From the NCBI GenBank assembly GCA_963668645.2, contig CAXXWC010000019.1, positions 544,001-608,000 of the forward strand: DNA of 64,000 bases. The letters run 5' to 3'. This DNA is from Desulfobacterales bacterium (GTDB lineage: Bacteria; Desulfobacterota; Desulfobacteria; Desulfobacterales; UBA2174). Below, in pieces: positions 58,337 to 64,000 of this stretch (position 1 is the stretch's first letter; each line of letters opens with the position of its first letter). The translations under genes and the position numbers were made by a program. Below the pieces are notes generated by a model that was given only the letters and a program-made list of their open reading frames with translations, did not search any database and had not been told where the DNA came from.

Positions 58337-58869
58337 ATCCGCAAGACTATCACAACCGTCGAACCCTGATCCTTGGCAACGTCAACAGCGGCAAAACCCG
58401 CCTGACCGGCGCGATCCTGGAGGCTTTCACCGCCGCAAGCGAAGCCGGGCGCATCGCCCTGCTCGACCTGGCCCCGGACCCGGTTGGATCGGTGGGCGGC
58501 AAGATGGCGCCGCCCCACGCGGCGGTGCTCTATATGACCTGCCCCATCGTCCCGCCAAGGCTCACCGGCCGCAATGAAAACGAAATCGCCACCTTGGCGA
58601 TGTCCAACGCCCGGCGCATCGAAGCGATGATGGACCGCTATCTGGCCGCGCCGCGGGACATCCTTCTGGTCAACGACGCCACCCTCTACCTTCAGGCCGG
58701 ATGCCTGACACGGTTCGTGGCCCTGCTCGATTCCGCCGCCACGGCGGTGATCAACGCCTATGCCGGCGCCTACTTTTCCGACGGCCCCCTCACCCGCCAC
58801 GAACAGCGGCTCACCGACCGCCTCGGCCGGCGCTGCGACCGGATCATCCGGCTGCCGGAGTCCGCTTAG
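58324..58869 (+). CDS. Hypothetical P-loop protein
   Basis: TLILGNVNSGKT Walker A-like and ILLVND Walker B-like motifs; overlaps ecfT. Confidence 0.65.
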   Translation: MVAVNPQDYHNRRTLILGNVNSGKTRLTGAILEAFTAASEAGRIALLDLAPDPVGSVGGKMAPPHAAVLYMTCPIVPPRLTGRNENEIATLAMSNARRIEAMMDRYLAAPRDILLVNDATLYLQAGCLTRFVALLDSAATAVINAYAGAYFSDGPLTRHEQRLTDRLGRRCDRIIRLPESA

Positions 58870-58890
58870 ACCGGCTGCCAGGCATCCGTT

Positions 58891-59994
58891 TCAACGCAGG
58901 GACACCATCCTGGCGACAAACCCCTGGTTGGCCCGGTCCAGGGCGGCGAGCACGGCCGCCTGGTATTTTTCCGGATCAGAGCGGTAGACGAAAGTATCCA
59001 GCGAGCGGGTTCCCCCGCCCAGCAAAACAGCGACCCCCACCGCGAGCACCTGGCCGGCCTTGTTGAGGGCCGATTCCTCCTGTTTTTCGATGGTGGCAAA
59101 GCTGTCGCCAACGGTGATCGGCGTGCCGAGGATCAGCCGCCCCTGGTCGGTGCTGAAGGTGCCGCCGTAGCCGCTGGTGATGCCGATCTGGCTGCTCTGG
59201 AGCACCGCGATTCCCTGGTCGACGGAAATCGAGGCGGTGCTGCGGCTGCTGTGCCCGTCGAAATTGGCAAAATGGACCAGGTAGTGCACGTCGATCACCG
59301 GGATCCCCAGCTCCACCGAGGCCTTGCTGAATCCGGCCTCCGGGCTGGACCAGGCGAAGCCCTCCAGCCCGGCGCCCTGCCACGCCATCAGCCGCAGGAC
59401 CTGGCCGCTGGGAGCGAAGATCTGCCCCTCGGCCTTGAAGGCCGGCATCGGCTCGGAGGTTTCAAAGGGGGAGGCCTCGGTCTTGACGGCCTGGAACGCG
59501 GCATTGTCCTTTAAAAGATCGCGGGAGCGCACCGTGTAGCCCTCTTTTTGCAGCCCGGCCACAAAGCGCTCGTAGGCCGTGTCGGTGATAGACTGCATCA
59601 GCTGCGGTGAAATCCCGTCCAGAACGACATTGGCCGAGGCGCGCGCCATGCCGCCGCCACCGCCGAGAAAACTGCCGCGGTTGACACGGGTGCCTTTTTG
59701 CTGGGTGATGAACGTGACCTTGAAGCCGCCGATGAGCACCTCGTTCTTGCCGGCAAAGGCCTTGGGAGTAATCGTCTCAAAGGAGGGACCGCCCGGCTGG
59801 GCCTGGCTGCTCGCGCCGCCGCCGGTGGTGACACAGCCGGTGAGGATGAAAATGGTGATCAGGGAAAAAAGAAAGGCTGCATTGACAAGGCCTGTTGGGT
59901 ATAACTCGCGCTGCGGGCCCCTGGCGTCCCGGCCCTGTTCGGGTCGGGCCGGCACCGGGCTCCTGTATTTCGAATGGATATGTGAAAAGTTCAT
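58891..59994 (-). CDS. Putative lipoprotein (start uncertain)
   Basis: Hydrophobic stretch followed by an LTGC lipobox; AGGAG upstream of the ATG at 59994. Confidence 0.7.
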   Translation of the reverse strand: MNFSHIHSKYRSPVPARPEQGRDARGPQRELYPTGLVNAAFLFSLITIFILTGCVTTGGGASSQAQPGGPSFETITPKAFAGKNEVLIGGFKVTFITQQKGTRVNRGSFLGGGGGMARASANVVLDGISPQLMQSITDTAYERFVAGLQKEGYTVRSRDLLKDNAAFQAVKTEASPFETSEPMPAFKAEGQIFAPSGQVLRLMAWQGAGLEGFAWSSPEAGFSKASVELGIPVIDVHYLVHFANFDGHSSRSTASISVDQGIAVLQSSQIGITSGYGGTFSTDQGRLILGTPITVGDSFATIEKQEESALNKAGQVLAVGVAVLLGGGTRSLDTFVYRSDPEKYQAAVLAALDRANQGFVARMVSLR

Positions 59995-60599
59995 ATCGCT
60001 GCTCCTTTCCGGTTCAGTTGTGGGCCGTGACTGGACGCTTCGGCACCAACCGGACAAGCGGGCCGGTGCTGGCCGAAGCCTCACCGTGGAACTGGCAAAT
60101 CGGATCGTCACAGAACTACGGGAATAGCCTTATTAGGAATATTACTCATTAGCGAGTTTACAAGAGGGGTAGCAGACCGGGCATCGCCCCGGACCTCCAT
60201 TTTAAAATTCTTGTTGCCCTCTTCCGTCCTTTTCCCCAACAGCAGTTCCGCCCTCCTCGGCGTCCCTGCGTCTCCGCGCGAGACTAAAAATACCTTCGCA
60301 CGGCCATCATCCGCACTTTTCCGGGATTCTGCGGGCCACCCCAAAACCATGAAAATCATTGTTGACCTCAGTGATTTCCGAAGATAAAGGCCTCTGTTCA
60401 TTCGGGCTAAGTATCTCTTTAATTTTATACTATGTTAATTTTCTTATTGAAGCATGTTCAGATTTTGTGTATGGTGCTGCCGTTTTGGCCGCTAAAAGCC
60501 GCCAAACAGGTCTTGCCAGGGGAGTTCCGGCTTCTTTTTAGGGCCGTTGTAAGAAGCGTTCTTTAAGAAATGCTTAACCCCAGCGAGAGTGAGCGCGCC

Positions 60600-62105
60600 G
60601 TGGCAAACGGAATCGTCCGGATTGACGAATGCCTGAGCAAGCGAGACGGTCATCTGTGGATCGAAGAGGTCGACACGATGGACATCGTCGCCCAACACGG
60701 TACCCCTGTCTTCGTCATCTCGGAAAACCAGCTCCGCCGCAACGTCCGTCGCTTTCAAAAATCCTTCCAGGCCGGCTGGCCTGACGGTCCGGTGAAAATC
60801 CTGCCTGCCGCCAAGGCCAACTGGATCACCGCCATCCAGATGATCCTGGCCCAGGAGGGGTGCGGCTGCGACATCTACTCGGAGGGCGAGCTGGCCGTGG
60901 CTCTTAAGGCCGGGTTTCCCCATGACCTGATTTCGGTCAACGGGGTGCCCAAGTTCAAGGACCACGTTTACAACGCCATCAAGCAAGGCTGCCGCATCAC
61001 CATCGACAGCATCGAGGAGGTCGATTTCATCGAGCAGGCGGTGCGCGATCTTAACACCACCGCCTACGTCCGGCTGCGCCTCAAGCCCGTGCTGTCCGAT
61101 TTCGTGCGCCATTCGGATTTTGCCGCCGAAGGGCTGGTGCCGACGGATATCGCGGCTCTGGTCTACAAGGGCGGGCTGATGTTCGAGCAGATCCAGGAGA
61201 TCGGCCCGCGCATTATGAAAATGAAAAATGTGGAGCTTGTCGGCTTTCACCAGCACCATGGCCGGCACCACCGCTCCACCGATTACTGGCGGGCGCAGAT
61301 GAAAGCCCTGGCCTACGAGATAGGCCGGGTCAGCGCGCTGCTGGGCGGCTATCAGCCCAAAGAGATCGATATCGGCGGCGGCTTTGCCATTCCCCGTGAT
61401 CCTTTCAACGCCGTAACCGACTACACCGAACCTGCCCAGCTCGCGGCCCTGCATACCATCAGCAAGGCCTTGAAAGCTTTCGCCCCGGATCTGCGCTACA
61501 AGATCATCGCTCGACTGGTGGACACCATCACCATGCAGCCCAACCAGAAGATGGCCCCTACCATAGAGCAGTACGCCCAAGCCTGCACCGCAACATTGCG
61601 GGAAGAATTGCCCAAACACAAGATTGATACCAAAGGGCTCATGCTCCAACTGGAGCCGGGCCGCGCCATGCACGGCAATACCGGAATTCATCTGACTCGG
61701 GTCATGGCCATCAAGCGCATCACAGAACCGATCCGCTGGAATCAAGTAATCGTGGATTCCACCGAGTTTTGGTTTACCGGTGGCCGCTATGAGCACCATC
61801 TGCATGACTACATCTTCGCCAATAAGGTAGATTTAAAATACGATGACAAGGCTGATATCAATGGCCGCTCCTGTTACGGCGATCGTTTGATGCCGACCAT
61901 TCCGGTTCCGAAAGATGTGGCAGTAGGCGATATTTTTGTCATGTTCGACACAGGCGCATATCAGGAAGTTTCTATGAGTCAGTTTAATGCGATGCCGAGG
62001 CCGGCGACGTTGATAGTGAAGGAAGAATTGATGGAAACGATTCGGGCAGCTGAAAGCAGGGAGAAGGTAGGGGTAAGGGATCGGATTCCGGAGTATCTTT
62101 TATAG
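60600..62105 (+). CDS. PLP-dependent Orn/DAP/Arg decarboxylase family protein (atypical)
   Basis: GTPVFV.SE, AAKAN (PLP lysine), S.GEL, DIGGGF, EPGR, GRSC..D, DTGAY. Confidence 0.85.
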   Translation: MANGIVRIDECLSKRDGHLWIEEVDTMDIVAQHGTPVFVISENQLRRNVRRFQKSFQAGWPDGPVKILPAAKANWITAIQMILAQEGCGCDIYSEGELAVALKAGFPHDLISVNGVPKFKDHVYNAIKQGCRITIDSIEEVDFIEQAVRDLNTTAYVRLRLKPVLSDFVRHSDFAAEGLVPTDIAALVYKGGLMFEQIQEIGPRIMKMKNVELVGFHQHHGRHHRSTDYWRAQMKALAYEIGRVSALLGGYQPKEIDIGGGFAIPRDPFNAVTDYTEPAQLAALHTISKALKAFAPDLRYKIIARLVDTITMQPNQKMAPTIEQYAQACTATLREELPKHKIDTKGLMLQLEPGRAMHGNTGIHLTRVMAIKRITEPIRWNQVIVDSTEFWFTGGRYEHHLHDYIFANKVDLKYDDKADINGRSCYGDRLMPTIPVPKDVAVGDIFVMFDTGAYQEVSMSQFNAMPRPATLIVKEELMETIRAAESREKVGVRDRIPEYLL

Positions 62106-62213
62106 ATTTTGGGCTTGAGGGAAGGTTTGTCATACTCTGGAAATTTATTGGTGGATTCAGGAAGGAGGGCTTAATAAGTTCATGATTTCAACAACGTTAT
62201 TTCCCCTATGTCC

Positions 62214-62457
62214 TTTGCTATGTTCGATACCGGTGCCTATCAGGAAGTATCTATGAGTCAGTTCAACGCGATGCCCAGGCCTGCGACGTTGTTGGTGAAT
62301 GGTAAATTGGTTGAGGCGATTCGGGCGGCTGAAAGCAGGGAACAGGTAAGGGTAAGGGATCAAATTTCGCAGTATCTTTTATAGATTTTGGGCTTGAGGG
62401 AAGGTTTGTTATACCCTGGAAATTTATTGGCCAATTTAGGAAAGAGCGCTTAATAAG
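62214..62457 (+). repeat. Diverged second copy of the decarboxylase 3' end and its downstream sequence (279-bp offset from 61935-62178)
   Basis: Gapless alignment with about 29 differences over the 171 coding nt (manual count); the frame is still open: FAMFDTGAYQEVSMSQFNAMPRPA...QYLL*. Confidence 0.92.
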
Positions 62458-62525
62458 GGCGGTGGTCCCCAAAAACTGGACAATGGTGTAAGCTCTAAGT
62501 CAGACCGAAAAAGGAGGATCTGACC

Positions 62526-62807
62526 ATGAGTACCAAACGTCGACAGTACAAACCCGAATTCAAGGCCAAGGTCGCCTTGGCTGCCTTACGCAATGAGCAA
62601 ACACTGGCTGAGCTGGCCAAACGCTTCGATATCCACCCGACCATGATCAGCACCTGGAAAAGGGAGCTGCTCGACGGGGCCGCCGACATCTTCGAGAAAG
62701 GGCGCAGAGGCAAGCAGGTCACTGATGTCCAGGTCGGCGAACTGTACCGCCAGATCGGCCAGCTTAAGGTGGAAAACGATTTTTTATCACGCAAGCTCGG
62801 CTCCTGA
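62526..62807 (+). CDS. IS3 OrfA
   Basis: RRQYKPEFKAKVAL HTH, LY.QIGQL.VE.DFL; slippery TTTTTTA near 62781. Confidence 0.9.
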   Translation: MSTKRRQYKPEFKAKVALAALRNEQTLAELAKRFDIHPTMISTWKRELLDGAADIFEKGRRGKQVTDVQVGELYRQIGQLKVENDFLSRKLGS

Positions 62808-62827
62808 AGCGCGACCTGCGCCGTGAT

Positions 62828-63664
62828 ATGATCGATCCATCTCACGAGAAGCTGAGCATCGTACGCCAATGTGACATGCTGAACATTTGCCGTTCCTCAT
62901 TTTACTACAAATGCAAGCCGATCAAGCCCGAGGACTTGGCGCTGATGCGCCTGATTGACGAACAGTTCCTCAAGACACCGACCTGGGGCAGCCGCAAGAT
63001 GGCCGATTGGCTCTGGCGGCATCATGGCATGAAAAAGAATCGCAAGCGGATCCAGCGCCTGATGCGACTGATGGGCCTTAAGGCGATCTACCCGCGGCCA
63101 CGAACCACACAGCCTCATCCCGGGCATAAAGTCTATCCGTACCTGCTGCGAGGTGTGGCCATCGAGCGGCCCAACCAAGTGTGGTCGGCCGATATCACCT
63201 ACATCCCGATGCGCCGGGGCTATATGTATCTTGTGGCCATCATTGACTGGTACAGCCGAAAGACGCTGTCCTGGCGCGTGTCGAATACGATGGAGGCCGA
63301 CTTTTGCGTCGAGGCCCTGGAAGAGGCCCTGGCGCGCTATGACAAACCGCAGATTTTCAACACCGACCAAGGCTCCCAGTTTACCAGCACGATCTTTACT
63401 GAACGGCTCAGGGACCACCAGGTGGCCATCTCCATGGACGGCCGGGGCCGCTGCCAGGATAACATCTTTATTGAACGACTGTGGTGGACACTGAAATACG
63501 ACTACATCTACCTACACGCTTTTGACAACGGAAACGAACTTCGCCGGGGGCTCGATAAGTGGTTCTCGTTTTACAACCAGGAGCGCCCTCATCAAAAACT
63601 TGACGGCAGAACACCGGATGATGTTTATTACGGTTTGCCTGCCACCATGGCTGGGGCTGCCTGA
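62828..63664 (+). CDS. IS3 OrfB (DDE integrase core), probably fused to OrfA by a -1 frameshift
   Basis: WSADITYI, NTDQGSQFT, SMDG.GR..DNIFIERLW, YN.ERPH. Confidence 0.92.
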   Translation: MIDPSHEKLSIVRQCDMLNICRSSFYYKCKPIKPEDLALMRLIDEQFLKTPTWGSRKMADWLWRHHGMKKNRKRIQRLMRLMGLKAIYPRPRTTQPHPGHKVYPYLLRGVAIERPNQVWSADITYIPMRRGYMYLVAIIDWYSRKTLSWRVSNTMEADFCVEALEEALARYDKPQIFNTDQGSQFTSTIFTERLRDHQVAISMDGRGRCQDNIFIERLWWTLKYDYIYLHAFDNGNELRRGLDKWFSFYNQERPHQKLDGRTPDDVYYGLPATMAGAA

Positions 63665-64000
63665 TGTCCGGATACCAGAACCGGCTTGGAGCTTATTCTA
63701 CCAACCAGGCTGTCCAAATAATTGGGTCCACCGCCAAGTTCTTGAAATCAAGGTTGCTTTTATCTCTCATCCAATTTTAAGTTTGATATTGAAAACAATT
63801 TGGAGATCAATAAATGGTGCTTGTGTCTCTCAATGAAAATTATATATCTGTGCTAAAAAAAATTAAAAAAAATAGCACTATTGGTGCAAATTTCTTTTAT
63901 CTCGATGAAGAAATAGATATTATAAAATACATAAAATCATCCGAACATTATTTTTACGCTGTCATAATTTCTTCTAAAAACAATGAACTTTCTGTCAAAT

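Larger units (their letters stand above)
62458..63735 (+). mobile_element. IS3-family insertion sequence, probable 3-bp target duplication AAG
   Basis: Inverted repeats GGCGGTGGTCCCCAAAAACTGGACA and GGCGGTGGACCCAATTATTTGGACA; AAG at 62455-62457 and 63736-63738. Confidence 0.88.

Noticed and set aside
61935..62457. Diversity-generating retroelement TR/VR pair
   Set aside because: The mismatches are mainly third-position synonymous changes of all base types rather than adenine-specific, and there is no reverse transcriptase in the window.

Overview
This is a GC-rich bacterial chromosomal window whose gene content suggests an anaerobic Desulfobacterota-like organism (inference only). The first 11 kb hold an IS66 element inserted into cas3 of a type I-G (I-U) CRISPR-Cas locus: cas3 HD remnant, cas8u2, cas7/csb1, csb2, a four-helix-bundle gene, cas4-cas1, cas2, leader, and an array of 23 repeats and 22 spacers. 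The strongest signal is that this locus looks chimeric. The effector genes are visibly lower in GC, and they are followed by an orphan 3' tail of a second, different csb2. This suggests the interference module was swapped in place, next to a retained adaptation module and array. A similar stranded gene end follows a PLP-dependent decarboxylase near 62 kb (279-bp offset copy, interrupted by an IS3). The middle of the window is mostly housekeeping: a TetR divergon with a secreted repeat protein, a liv-type ABC operon, GatZ/KbaZ, ABC-F, cysE-cysK, and K+/H+ transport genes. It also has a cobalamin-riboswitch-led TonB/ExbBD operon that lacks a receptor and is split by an ISNCY-type element, an Lrp-ald-alr cluster, and two divergent TPP-riboswitch thiamine salvage operons. 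No rRNA or tRNA genes were recognised. All family assignments come from motif recognition by eye, not database searches, and several starts were moved to more plausible downstream codons.
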